DNA from: Tubulanus polymorphus
Taxonomy: Eukaryota > Animalia > Nemertea
NCBI RefSeq assembly: GCF_964204645.1
Contig: NC_134027.1
Span: 8,464,485-8,528,484 of the forward strand
DNA length: 64,000 nucleotides
Reading direction: 5' to 3'
Shown: positions 1 through 12,100 of the stretch, piece after piece
How the letters are laid out: every line of letters starts with the position of its first letter
Numbering within the stretch: position 1 is the first letter of the stretch
The notes under the pieces: model-generated
Seen by the model: the letters and a program-made list of their open reading frames with translations, nothing else
Told to the model about the DNA's origin: nothing
The model's database searches: none
Program-made: the position numbers and the translations under genes

Positions 1-227
1 TTGATCCGTTCCAATTTAGAATGGACCAATTTAGACTGACCAATAAGACCGTCTCTCTGGTGAACCAGTGGAAACAACAGATTTAAAAACTTGTCCGAAC
101 TCACAGCACTGATTTGGGCACTTCTAAATTGGTCAGTTCCAGCCTGGAGTAATCAGACTGATTACTCCAAGGTTCCAGGTATGGGCCAAATTAGGATGGA
201 CAAATTAAGCGATAGTGTGAATGCACC
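1..227. mobile_element. Right end of a probable non-autonomous DNA transposon, truncated by the window edge
   Basis: Repeated 'ccaa(a/t)ttag' sub-repeats end in 'gtgtgaatgcacc', which looks like a terminal inverted repeat (TIR). The left end is not visible. Confidence 0.4.
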
Positions 228-1226
228 ATGTGTATGATAAAATACACAGTCATAGTTTAGTTTCAATACGTCTCTAAAAATGCTTTAGCAGCATGTTTAC
301 ATCTTTGATGTCGTTATACTCGGTGTTAATTCAGTAATAACAGGTGCAAATCAAACTCATTAGCCCAACACCTTGCAGCATAGGACAAACGGATAGATAC
401 CTTCTCAGCCTTCTGAGAATTCATTTGAGTACTTGACTTTGCCATAAATTTTGAATTTTGAAACATATCATGCACACTTTGATGCTAGAATCTGTGAAAA
501 TAGACTTAGACAAATATGTGAACATCTAAATCGAAAATCTATTTTGAAAATGAAAATTTTCACAAAATTAATTTCAATCAAAAGAACAAAGGTATCTATC
601 CCTGCGCTAAGCGTGTATTTAAGTCTTCATTCACATACCGGAATGAGGGGCAGGACCGGGTGGACGGATCCTAAAATATCAAATACAAATCTACATTTTA
701 CGCAGGGATTACAGTTGTACGATGATTCATGTATTCATGCATATGAACCACGAGATGAACGTTCTGATAAAATCAACTTCTCCAGACAGATCAGGAAATG
801 CCCTGATTTCATAGTAGGCCTATTCGATCGCGAATTAACCGGTTGATTTATACCGCAGCGTATAGAACAACAGGAACCCACCCTGGCAATCAGCAAAACA
901 ACATTCCATTATGAGCTATAGTAAATAAAATTATCACTACTTCTCATTATTACCACTCTCCATAACAATAACTAGACATGTCCATGAATGGAGTAATACG
1001 ATGAAAAACACATCAGGAAATATTTTTCTTTCTATATTATTGCTAAAAAACTGTTCCGGGTATAGAAAATGCTCAATTTCATTTTAGGTAGCTTTGTTGA
1101 GGGAAGGGAAAACATTTTCCTGCTTTCTACGAGGAAGATTAAAAATATTTTCACATATTTTCTGTTTCTTATATTATATATACATATAGCTGAATTGAAG
1201 ACTTTTTAAAACAATTTTCTACTCAC

Positions 1227-1710
1227 ATCTACACTGTTGGCATTGATTAGTGTCGAATATAAGATCTCTACAGCAATCACAGAATGTTGGATTCGTCACG
1301 GGCTTCGCGACGAAATAGTGTCCTATACCGAGTTTAGCTGCCTTCGTGCGCATGAAGTCCGTCGACCAGCCGTCGAAGTGAGCGAGTTCGAAATTTTCGT
1401 GAACTTCCGACGACGACGACGACCTTTTCTTTGGGTCGGTGCCGTTGACGACGCTGCAACTGTTACGGTTACCGGACCGGCGTCTCTGGCGGTTCGGATT
1501 ATTGCTCGACGACGACGCCGAGTTGACGTATTGGTCGATGTTCAAAAATGGCAAGCTCAGTTTGCGTTTCAACTTGCCGAAAAATTCCATCGATGTACCG
1601 TCGCCCTCGTGTGACGACCCGTTCGAAATTCCTCGGCGAGATTTTGCCATACGTTTCTTTTCGTCCGATGCTAGTTCGTTCTGTATACCGCAACCAGACA
1701 TAGCAGACAT
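1227..1710 (-). CDS. First coding exon of a C1-domain protein, RASSF1/RASSF5-like; the gene continues past the window start
   Basis: A Ser/Arg-rich N-terminus is followed by GHYFVAKPVTNPTFCDCCRDLIFDTNQCQQCR, the first half of a C1 zinc finger that resembles RASSF1A GHRF..TWCDLCGDFI. The donor is AGAT|GTGAGT at 1227 and the acceptor TTTCACAG| at 1780. The RA and SARAH domains are not in the window, so orthology is inferred. Confidence 0.65.
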
Positions 1711-4157
1711 CAGCACATCGCTGTTCTAATAATCTGTGTCATCTTCGGTCCCTTTTATTGCACTCATGGAATGGTGGCCCTGTGAAATATGAAAAGTTCA
1801 AATAAACCGATTACTTAAAATCAAACGACTAAATTACTTCACGCCTTAATCATTTCCGTGACATTTCCTTCATTAAACTAAATGCTTCAGTCGGATTATT
1901 TCATATCGTAAGGAGGTGCATAGCGAAATCACTCTCACCATAAATGTTCATATTCTAACGCTGTCAATTCCAGCAGGTGATCTGAACTAACTACTATGGG
2001 GGGATAAATTATGTAACAGATGGTAAGTCTGTGATAAGCTGGGCGTAAAGTACTGCACTTAAACCAATACACTTGATCTCATTCATGGAACCACCAGCCA
2101 TGTCTGACAGACGTATAGTTCCATCGACGATATTAATGGAAATTGGATAAAAATGAATTCGAATACAGATGCAGTAGATCATCTTTACCAGTGCCTAGTT
2201 CTCCTATTCATTCGAGTGATTAAAAATCTTTCAACGAATGGTTTTAGTAGTTACCCATTTCGTAAACACCTAGGTGAAATAATTGTGCAAATGTTACATT
2301 ATTTTTACTCATAGACCTAAAACATACATTTAGGCTCAATTCCATAATGTATACAAAAAATAAAAGAATAGGTTTAAATTCTAAGCTTTAAAAAAACACC
2401 AAAAGGCGCATGGTGCCTATAATTTGAATGAAATATGTGTAGGCCTAATATAATATCTACAATGATGATGCTAAGATGGAACCTGCCTTATCATAACACA
2501 AAAAAACCCAAAAAGAAGCCCCTGTACATTAAAGAACATGTGAACTTGTCGAAAATGAAAAGATAACCAAGAAATGCATTGAAATGTCTAGCCCAAGATC
2601 TCACAGAACAGACATAATATGTTTAATTAGGCAATGTACGCCAGAGGGAAAAGTAAACATTTGGTTATTGCTGAAGTGTGATTACGAAAATTCTAAGAAA
2701 TATCATACTCCAAAATATAGATCAAATCAATAAATGGCGATCAGTGAAATCAAACAAAAGATTCGACACAAATCGATTTTACTGAATAAACGTGAAATTA
2801 TTCATTAATTGACCAGGAGAAATTGTATACAGTTGTTGACGGGCCTTTTTTGAATACAGTACGGTAAGGTGTATGCATCTCATCAATCAAATACTGGCCG
2901 TGGAGGATCATGCAAACCTTAAATATAAATAGCTGCACCTCCACCACACATACAGTGAATGAAAGATAAATTGGAAATTGATGGCACCTAGCACTTAGCG
3001 TTAAAAAGAAAGATTCCTGCATCTCCCGGGAGACAGCGCTATACTCTAACGAAAAGTGTCAATGAAATTATGTCGCACTTTTTCTTACTGAATACAGAAA
3101 AAAGCACAACCTGAGAATCTTCATCAGGATATATAAAATATATTTTAGTTGGTGCTTATGCAGGTAATGCTTGACACGCTGTAGGCTAACGTTCTATGTT
3201 TTCATTGTAAACATTCTTCCGTCCTTTGTTCGGCGAAATAAAACCGCATTCACTCTCTCTCTCACGCTAAACCGAAGCGATTCAAGCTAAAGAAACCACA
3301 TCATTTTCAGCACCATCATCACTGAATAGAGCCACCAAAAATGTTGTTTTTTTTAGATGACTATGAAATATCATTTGGCAGGATACCAACTAACTATTAA
3401 GGCAAGCGCTGCATAAAGCATTAGTCTGCCTCAATCATTAGTATTTCTCCGATGTTATTATGCGTTTGTTTGTAAATAACATAGCACCAATAAATTGATG
3501 ATTACTTCTGCTGATCGATAACCTCTTAACACAGCCAGCCGCTACTTACCGTTGATATGTAATACCCAAATTTACTAACACATCATTCCCATTACAAAAT
3601 TGTCTGCATTTCACTGCCTAATTGCATACGCAGAAATGCCTAACCTCCGATCCCTTTAAATGGAAATGACAATTGTATTGAAGATTGAAATAATATTACA
3701 CATCGAATATGAAAAGTCAGATCCACAGCAAGATAAACTTATGCTCAAGGAAAGATGGAAAAACCAATCATGTTATGCCAAACCATCAAGGCATATCATC
3801 TCTGTAACTACGGTCAGCTAATTGTTTTAAAGAAAAACCTTTTACCTCAGTAAGTATCTGCCAATATATCTACCATTGGGTAACATAGAAATCAGACCAT
3901 GCGTGAGCTGCAAAGAATTACGGTTTCAGGGGGATCTAGACATAGGTTTCTTACTAAAAAAGAGTAATCAATAATGAATGACTGAAAGGCTAATGACAAG
4001 TTGATGAGTTTATAGATGATCTGTCTTCGCAAACCCAGCGGGTATAGACAGTAAGCCTACTTGGTACGTAATATAAGGCATTGCAATTTATTAACCCATT
4101 CATTCTATACCAGCAACACAGCCCAACTATGACACCATCTCATTCGTTTCCCAACTT

Positions 4158-4453
4158 CAGGCCCATACGCAGCCTCTATCTTTGGTGGGTGTGAAATCTA
4201 GATAACGCGGAACAAACTTATTTCACGGCATAGCCAGCAACAGCGAGCGCCATAGATGCTAAGCCCCCTGAAGGTCCGCCCCAAAGAAAATTTGAAGCGT
4301 TTTAGATACATTTCCGGCTAATCTTAGAGAATATTTTTTTAAAAGTCACTGAAACACTATTAAACGTGATCTAAAATTTCCTTTGACAAAAATGCGGATC
4401 TCATGATCTTGCTGGAAAGTGCGTTTGCACCCAAAGCCCTGGGTGTGGGCCTG
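4158..4453. mobile_element. MITE with CAGGCCC termini (hAT-like)
   Basis: Imperfect TIR caggcccatacgcag ... ctgggtgtgggcctg, the same family of ends as 46876-47212. Confidence 0.55.
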
Positions 4454-5059
4454 AATTAAGGGGGTAGGGGGGTTACTGGTTAGGTGCCAAACATTAGCCT
4501 ATCAAATATGAGCCATTGGAAGAAAGTGGTAATCATAAACCCCTCAAAATTATACCGGTTAGTCGGCCAGGTAGAAAAGTTAACGATCAAATGTAACAAT
4601 GTAGATAAAAGAAAGGCTTACGTTATCATCACAGTCAGTAAGTCTAAGGAGGCTTATCATTATTACACCATACGGTAGGCCTAAGGCCCTGGAGACATGA
4701 AAACTATTTTTCAATCAATAGCAAGGACCAAGTCCAAAAAAGGCCTCACATGATTTTTATTAAACACTGAATGTAAGAAGCCTACAATGGATTGGAGATT
4801 TCAAAAACAATTTGAATTATCAAAGTGTGATCATGTTGTTGAAATGAATTGAATTAGTTGAAGAATTGAAATTGAATTGGGTGGTTAATCTATTTGAGTA
4901 TTGACTATTTCATTGATTTCAAAACTAACATAACAACGTACATAGCCCAAAAATAGCCCCTAAATCAAGCGCCCCGATTTCTTCTAATAAAATTTGTTAG
5001 TAATGAACAATGTCATTGTGAATAAAACTGAAAGTCTCTGGGAAATATGACTTATCAAA

Positions 5060-5567
5060 AAAAAATTTACCTCAAAACGATACGATGCATTTAAGCCGGA
5101 AGTGTTGAACTGTCCACTATAGATGGCTCTCCCCATTTCATGTAAACAAATTCCACGTGCTTTTTGTTTACATTTATTTACGCTTCATTGATTACTGTTT
5201 GCCGAACTGTCCACGCCACAGCCAGCTAGGTTCGGTCTTCGAATTCATGATTAGGCTGAAGTAAAGATCTTAACGTTGAATGCTTTGTTGTATTTTGCAT
5301 AGAGGAACCCACGGCTGGCAACAACAAATGTCAACAGCTGTTTTTTTACTTGGCTTGGATGGTCTTGTATAGTTGAATCACAGATTTCTGAGTAGTTTCA
5401 ATTCTTCCCTTGATGCGGTCATGTCCTTAAACATTATTGTTTACTTCAAACACGTTGAAATCAGATTATATTTGTTGATTCGGAATTTAAATTTATTCAT
5501 TGTAGAGGGCAGCACGAGCCGGTCATCCGACACAATATCACCGGCCGGCGTCAATCACTCGTAAAAA
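5060..5567. promoter_or_regulatory. Probable bidirectional promoter of the RASSF-like gene and USP5
   Basis: A minus-strand donor GAG|GTAAAT at ~5070 marks a likely non-coding exon 1 of the RASSF-like gene. The region has an ETS-like CCGGAAGT at ~5097 and a FOX/E-box palindrome at 5140-5173. The USP5 ATG is at 5568. Confidence 0.5.
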
Positions 5568-7940
5568 ATGGCTGCATCTTCGATTTTCAATTCTGAGGTT
5601 CTCTCCAAAGTTCGTACCCCTTCGGTAGCCGATAAAGTGTTCAAAGATGAATGTGTCTATTCGTTCGACAGCCCAGATTGTGAAACGGGACTTTACGTGT
5701 GTATGAATACATTCTTGGGCCTGGGCAAAGATTTCGTCGAAGAACATTTCAACAAGACTCGAAGTCCGGTGTATTTGCATCTGAAGCGCATCAGACGCGA
5801 GATTCCGGCTTCAGATGACGACGACGAGCCGATGAAAAAGAAACCGACTAAGTTAGCCATTGGCGTCGAAGGCGGTTTCGCTCTGGACGAGAAGAAATAC
5901 GAATACGAGGAACGCCATTCGATCATCGTGTTGCCGCGTTGGGTCGATGTTCCGCTCGACTCACCTGATATTCCCGAATTGGTGCAGATATCGGCGGCGA
6001 CGATAATCGCGATCGATCCGAAAGCCGAAGAAGCGGCGCTGCTTCAAGGAACGTGGGAAGGAGATAAACGCGTCGTTTCGAAACACGCCGAAAATCTCGT
6101 CCAGCTCGATAACGGAATCAAAATACCACCGAAAGGCTGGAAGTGTTCGATGTGCGATAAGACCGATAATTTGTGGTTGAATTTGACGGACGGCACGATT
6201 CTCTGCGGACGCAAGTTCTGGGATGGCTCCGGCGGTAATAACCACGCCGTCGATCATTTTAAGAGTACCGGTTACCCGCTGGCGGTGAAACTTGGAACGA
6301 TTACATCCGACGCGGCGGACGTTTTCTCGTACGACGAAGACGACATGGTCGAAGATCCGCATCTGGCGAAACACCTCGCTCATTTCGGCATTAATATCGC
6401 GCAGTTGGAAAAAACGGAGAAAACGATGATCGAACTGGAAATCGATTTGAATCAGAAAATCGGCGAATGGGACGTTATTCAAGAGGCGGGAAGCGAACTG
6501 CAGCCGTTATACGGACCGGGGTTGACTGGGATGCATAACCTCGGTAACAGTTGCTATATGAACTCGGTAATGCAAGTTCTGTTCACGTTGCCCGACTTTC
6601 AGAAAAGATATGCGGTTCCGTTGTCGCAGTTGATAGCTTACGCGCCGCAAGACCCGTCGAACGATTTTGGCGTGCAGATGTCGAAATTAGGTCGCGGGCT
6701 GTCATCGGGTAAATATTCGAAACCCCCCGTTGAGGTGAAACAGGGCGAACCGGTGCCTCCCGACCAGGGTATACGCCCGAAGATGTTCAAAAGCTTAGTC
6801 GGTCGCGGCCACGCAGAGTTTTCGACCAAACGACAACAAGACGTCCAGGAATATCTCCTGCATTTGATCAATCTCATCGAACGCAATTCGCGTGGTTCGT
6901 CGAATCCGTGCGATTGTTTTCGTTACCAAGTCGAGGAAAAAATCCAGTGCATGCAGTCGAAAAAAGTGAAGTACACGCACCGCGATGACTTCCTGCTTGC
7001 TTTACCGATTCCGCTAGAAACGGCCGTAAACAAAGATGAAGTGATGGCGTACGAGACGAAGAAAGCCGAACTCGAAGCTAACGGACAGAAAATAGACGCT
7101 AAAGAACTCGTACGTCCGCGCGTATCCTTATTGTCATGCATCGAAGCGTTTTCGGCGGCCGAGCTGGTCGACGATTTCTTCAGTACTGCGATCAACGCCA
7201 AGTCTACGGCGCAGAAAATGACGCGATTGGCCACTTTTCCCGATTACCTGTTCGTGCAACTGAAAAAATTCACGATCGGCGACGATTGGGTACCAAAGAA
7301 ACTCGACGTGTCCATCGACGTACCCGGCGAGATCGATTTGACGCGCTTGCGCGGAAAAGGTCTCGAACAGGGTGAAGAACTTCTACCGGAAACGACCGAC
7401 CCTACCGTGCAACAGCTCGTCGATATGGGTTTCGCATTGGAAGGCTGCAAACGTGCCGTGTTTCACACGCAGAATAGAGGCGTCGAGGCCGCGATGGAAT
7501 GGGTCATCGAACACATGGGCGATCCCGATTTTGCGACTCCGTTCTCGAGCGGGCAGAAGACGACGAGGAATAATTTCACGCCGAATGAGGAAGCGGTGAC
7601 TATGATCATGGGGATGGGTTTCCTGCGAGATCAAGCGATCAAAGCGCTGAAAGAAACCGACAACAATTTGGAACGAGCGGCTAACTGGATATTCAGTCAC
7701 GCTCAGGAGTTAGACCAAGCGATGGAAACCGAGGCGGAAAATGAAGCTTACCGAGATGGGAGCGGAAAATACAAGTTGGTTGCGTTTATAAGTCACATGG
7801 GAACGTCGACGATGGTCGGACATTACTTGTGTCATATATTAAAAGACGATCGATGGGTTATATTCAACGATGAAAAAGTAGCATTGTCCGCTAATCCACC
7901 ACGCGATTTGGGTTATATCTACTTGTTCCGGAGGATTTAA
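5568..7940 (+). CDS. USP5: Ubiquitin carboxyl-terminal hydrolase 5/13 (isopeptidase T), single-exon CDS, 790 aa
   Basis: Uninterrupted ORF with the N-terminal KDECVYSFDSP motif, a ZnF-UBP domain (LWLNLTDGTILCGRKFWDGSGGNNHA), a Cys box (GMHNLGNSCYMNSVMQ), QQD, two UBA domains (MGF motifs) and a His box (GHYLCHI..WVIFNDEKV). Confidence 0.96.
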   Translation: MAASSIFNSEVLSKVRTPSVADKVFKDECVYSFDSPDCETGLYVCMNTFLGLGKDFVEEHFNKTRSPVYLHLKRIRREIPASDDDDEPMKKKPTKLAIGVEGGFALDEKKYEYEERHSIIVLPRWVDVPLDSPDIPELVQISAATIIAIDPKAEEAALLQGTWEGDKRVVSKHAENLVQLDNGIKIPPKGWKCSMCDKTDNLWLNLTDGTILCGRKFWDGSGGNNHAVDHFKSTGYPLAVKLGTITSDAADVFSYDEDDMVEDPHLAKHLAHFGINIAQLEKTEKTMIELEIDLNQKIGEWDVIQEAGSELQPLYGPGLTGMHNLGNSCYMNSVMQVLFTLPDFQKRYAVPLSQLIAYAPQDPSNDFGVQMSKLGRGLSSGKYSKPPVEVKQGEPVPPDQGIRPKMFKSLVGRGHAEFSTKRQQDVQEYLLHLINLIERNSRGSSNPCDCFRYQVEEKIQCMQSKKVKYTHRDDFLLALPIPLETAVNKDEVMAYETKKAELEANGQKIDAKELVRPRVSLLSCIEAFSAAELVDDFFSTAINAKSTAQKMTRLATFPDYLFVQLKKFTIGDDWVPKKLDVSIDVPGEIDLTRLRGKGLEQGEELLPETTDPTVQQLVDMGFALEGCKRAVFHTQNRGVEAAMEWVIEHMGDPDFATPFSSGQKTTRNNFTPNEEAVTMIMGMGFLRDQAIKALKETDNNLERAANWIFSHAQELDQAMETEAENEAYRDGSGKYKLVAFISHMGTSTMVGHYLCHILKDDRWVIFNDEKVALSANPPRDLGYIYLFRRI

Positions 7941-8840
7941 TTTATTGTGTCGAATCAAACTGTTCACACTTCAGGCACTGGTTCTACAGTCAATAGATAA
8001 TTCAGTCATTTTGGTCGTATTACCAATGTGTCAAATCAATAACAGTCTTTGAGATGCAGCGTTTTTGGACTTCGAAGTCTTGACTGTGTACCCGGGCTCT
8101 GTCGGATGAACTCCATGGCTATAAACATTGGGTTGAAGTATGCTTTAATTCCTGTCAATTATTGTATGTAAACTATAAACCACTCTAAGCAAACTGACCA
8201 GCGGTTGACTTAACTAGTTCTTGCATCTGATGAAAAATACTAGTATTTATTTGTGTTAACTAGAACTGAATTTTGATTACCGTAAAAACTTTCTGATGTT
8301 TATCTGAGTCGCATGAAAATGATTTCTGTGCAAAATTTAGAAGAAAAATGTACATGTAAGTAAATGTGTGGGAAATTAACATTTCTTAGAATTCATATTT
8401 AAGTATTTTCCTTCAGACACGGTTTATTCTAAAATTGTATAAAAAAAACTGTGTTGTGCACAAAACAAGCTTAATTCTAAATTACATGTACCAGTAAATT
8501 TCAAACATTTTTATATTGTTCCTAGTTTCAAAAAAATAAAACGATGGTGTCCACATACGATTGTTTAATCGAAGTTGCATCGATCTATTGAGGAATCTTT
8601 ATGGCAATCAGCTGGTGACAGGAAGTGAAAGGTGTCTGATTTGATATCCGGTGTATTAAAGTTGATGATGACTAATGGAAAGGATATTGCAGTGCACTGC
8701 TCGTAACTTGAATCCTTTCAAGTAGAATTATTGAACACAATAGAATAGAAATTCAACTTCCATTGTCTTACTTCATCTACTGTACTGCCTGCAACATGTA
8801 GAGGATTTGGATCAGTTTAATCAGGATTTTGATCTGATCG

Positions 8841-8939
8841 GGCCCAGTTTCACAAAAAAGTTAAACTCTTAAATCGATTTAATTTCTTCACTAATTCTCT
8901 TAAATCGATTTAGGCCTTAATCCTTTTTGTGAAACTGGG
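8841..8939. mobile_element. Short PIF/Harbinger-type MITE
   Basis: TIR ggcccagtttcacaaaaa ... tttttgtgaaactggg, the same family as 58064-58186. Confidence 0.65.
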
Positions 8940-9176
8940 TTATCTACAGCCCATCTATACATTAATTAATGTCTTTATACTGGATTTCTCAAAACTCTTG
9001 GCCCAAAATCATCTGTATTAAGCAGGTTCTACTGTACTGTATATGAGTAAGCCCAAGAATCCTCAATAATGCCTTGAATACATTCAAAATATGTTTAGTT
9101 TATTCTCAACAAGGGACAAAAAATCACCCAGACTATATACATGAAACCTATATTGCACTATTGAAACAACTGATAT

Positions 9177-12100
9177 TCACAGTTTAAACTCCGTCAAATC
9201 ATTATCATCTTCACTTTCAAGTTCAACAGCCTGTTCTTCATCAAACACACTAGCATTGATTCGAAATTGACGCTTAGTTCTTTTGGAAACTAATTCACAA
9301 TTACTTGATTGAGATAAACTCATCGCACCGCTACTGTCTGAATGCGGCTGTGATCGTATAATTGAGTTTAGTATCAAGGAGTCATTCGACTGACTTAATT
9401 CGGTGTGACCATTTTCCTCAACTGCCTTACTCTCAGTTGAAGGTTCTGTTGCGGGTAGAAGGATCTCGTTGTTGGCTAATTCAGAAAGTGGGTCTGGTTT
9501 TCTTTTCTTGCAATGGTGGCTTTCATGTTGAGATTCTTTATTTCTTTCCTTCCTTTCATTCACCGTAGTTCTGTACCTACAGGTTAACGTTTTTGAATTC
9601 TGAATACCGCCTGGACTCTCTGAAAGTAGGCCAAAAATCTGATAGACTAAGAAATATTTGAACCGAGAAAATTAACGAATTACTTACTATGATACTTACT
9701 TTGGCAGTGCTGAATCACTCTTCCCCATAATGCGTTAGTCTTCAAGTTTTTCATATTGCCAATAATCAGCAGATGGTGCTTAGCACGCGTCAGCGCAACA
9801 TTTGTTCGTCTATACAGAAGAAAAGTTTAAGAATCTGCTTATGTTCGTTTACCAACCCTAGTATTAACCTTGGACCTCATATATGGTCTAAATGTATAGC
9901 TTACTTGTCTGAGTCAATAAATCCTACTGCATGAGATCGAACACAGGATAAGATTATTATATCTCTCTCACCACCTTGGAATGCATCAACAGTAGATACT
10001 TGAATCGACCGCAAATCACCACTGAAATACAGAGAAATCACCATTTGAGTGGGGGGATAGAAAAACCCAAAAGAGGGCAGTTCTATTGGATATAACAATA
10101 ATATACGCAACAAGGGCACGTTTCCATCCCCTGCTCCCGCAATGTAGGGTCCTGGGCTTGTAACATTTTCAGAATGCTCAATTCCTTGAACTGACCTATC
10201 TGATAGTAGTTGCTGTTGTATTTTGAACATCTGAGCTTTGTACAACGTAATTACTCCGATTCTGTTCGGTTCAATTCCATTCATTGATAGATACTGTATG
10301 AAAAATACGACGAAATCAATCTCCGCGTCGTTGTAAAAACTGCCGTCTCTGTCGCACATCTCGTGTCCATCATGCACGTTATAGAAACACAATACAGGCA
10401 GATCAACCTTGAAAAGATGAAGAGAGGAGTTTTAAAAGTTTCGTCTGTAACAGTTACATAAGAAAATTAGGCTAGATAAACTGATACCTTTTCTTATTTC
10501 TGCTGAGCTTAAGAGTAGACCTGGCCGGCCGCCTATCTACCCTGTATGTTAGTTACTTTTTTAAAAATCATGATCAAGCTAACCATTAACTGATTGCATT
10601 ATCGCAGTTTACAAAATGACCCGGCCAATTAGGAGAAACAAGGCATCATTCTATTTTAGCCTTACTCTATTTCTCATTACTAGAGAATTGACTCACCAAT
10701 AATGGAAGACGATCTGATGTCTGGATGCCATCCTTGAGCTGATGTTGATAGAATAAATCATTGGCGACAGCGCTGATAATAGGATGACATCTGTACTGAG
10801 TCCTCAACAATACTGAATTATACCCCTGAAAAAGAGAGCGAAAAGATAGTACAAGTTTCTAAATCAATCCAGAGGAAAAAATCGTAATAGCCAATGTTTT
10901 ACCGCACCATTTTTAAAGTTCGATCAAAAAGTGTCTGCTCGAGGCCCTCTTCATGCGCCGCCTCTGACCCTTGTAAGGTTGGACCTAATTGCTGAAAATT
11001 ATAAAACCAATGGATGCATGAAGAAGTAGGAGAATCAAAACTTCTGGAAAAGATACCCTCCCCAAAAGATATTTGCCAGGAAACAAACCTTTGGATCTCC
11101 AACTAGAACGATTTTGTGACATGAAAATCTGGCGATTGGTAGAAGGGAAGCAGGTTCAGTAATTTGACTGCATTCATCAAGTAATACGACCTTTAAATAA
11201 TGGACAACAGTTTGAATCAATTGGTAGCAAATATAGATAGAATTAAATAAATTTTTGTATATTGTACTCACAGGAAATTCCATATTGTTAAGACAAGAAA
11301 ATGGACACGCAGCACAAGTGGCTCCAACGACACGCACACTGTGAAGCAACTGAAATAAAACATTAAAATGTACTGGGAATCTGAGGGACTAACAACTTCC
11401 CCCTGGAGATATATGAATCCTGAAAATTGCTTTATCTAGTGAAGTAATTGCTGATAACACAAATATCTAACCTTTTTGTTTTCACCTCGCTTGTGTCTTT
11501 CAATAGATTTCCTCACAGACCTATGGTGCACAATAATTCCAAAGATGTCTGAATATACATACATTAAATAGCAAATTATTTGCAATTTGTGGAGAAACTT
11601 ACACTCTGTCACTGGGTGTCAGTGAACCTTTCAACATTTCCTGTAAATCTTTCAATTCTTGATTGTCAGTTCCAGTAGCGTGCACACTGTCAAGAAACAT
11701 AGGCACATACAATACAAACAGATTTCAAAAAACAGTTTTGCAATGTATCATTCTTTAGCGTTTGAACTGTTTTATTCGTTTTGCTGAGTACCACTGTGAC
11801 AAGTCACAACAGTTTCTCTTTTTGTCTCACCTGTATGGTAGAATCGACTTAGCAATTTTTCGGACACTTCCCACTCTGACAAAGGCTTCAAAATCCAAAG
11901 CAAGCAGACTGCAAGGGAATTATGGTATTCAGTTTAAGTGTGGAGTAGGCTACAGCATTCATTATAAGCTCCAAGGATTATAGAAATTTACCCTGTTAGA
12001 ATTCGATCAACTGCAACATTAGTGGTTGATGAGACAAGCACTTTCCATTTGAAGGGAACTCCAGGAGTGTGAACATCACTGAGTTCAAATATACGAACCA

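Noticed and set aside
5538-7700. Many overlapping and antisense ORFs over USP5
   Set aside because: These are shadow ORFs expected in a GC-rich CDS, with no recognisable motifs.
5568-7940. Bacterial contamination or HGT origin of the GC-rich intronless ORF
   Set aside because: The product is a clearly eukaryotic deubiquitinase contiguous with host-like flanks.
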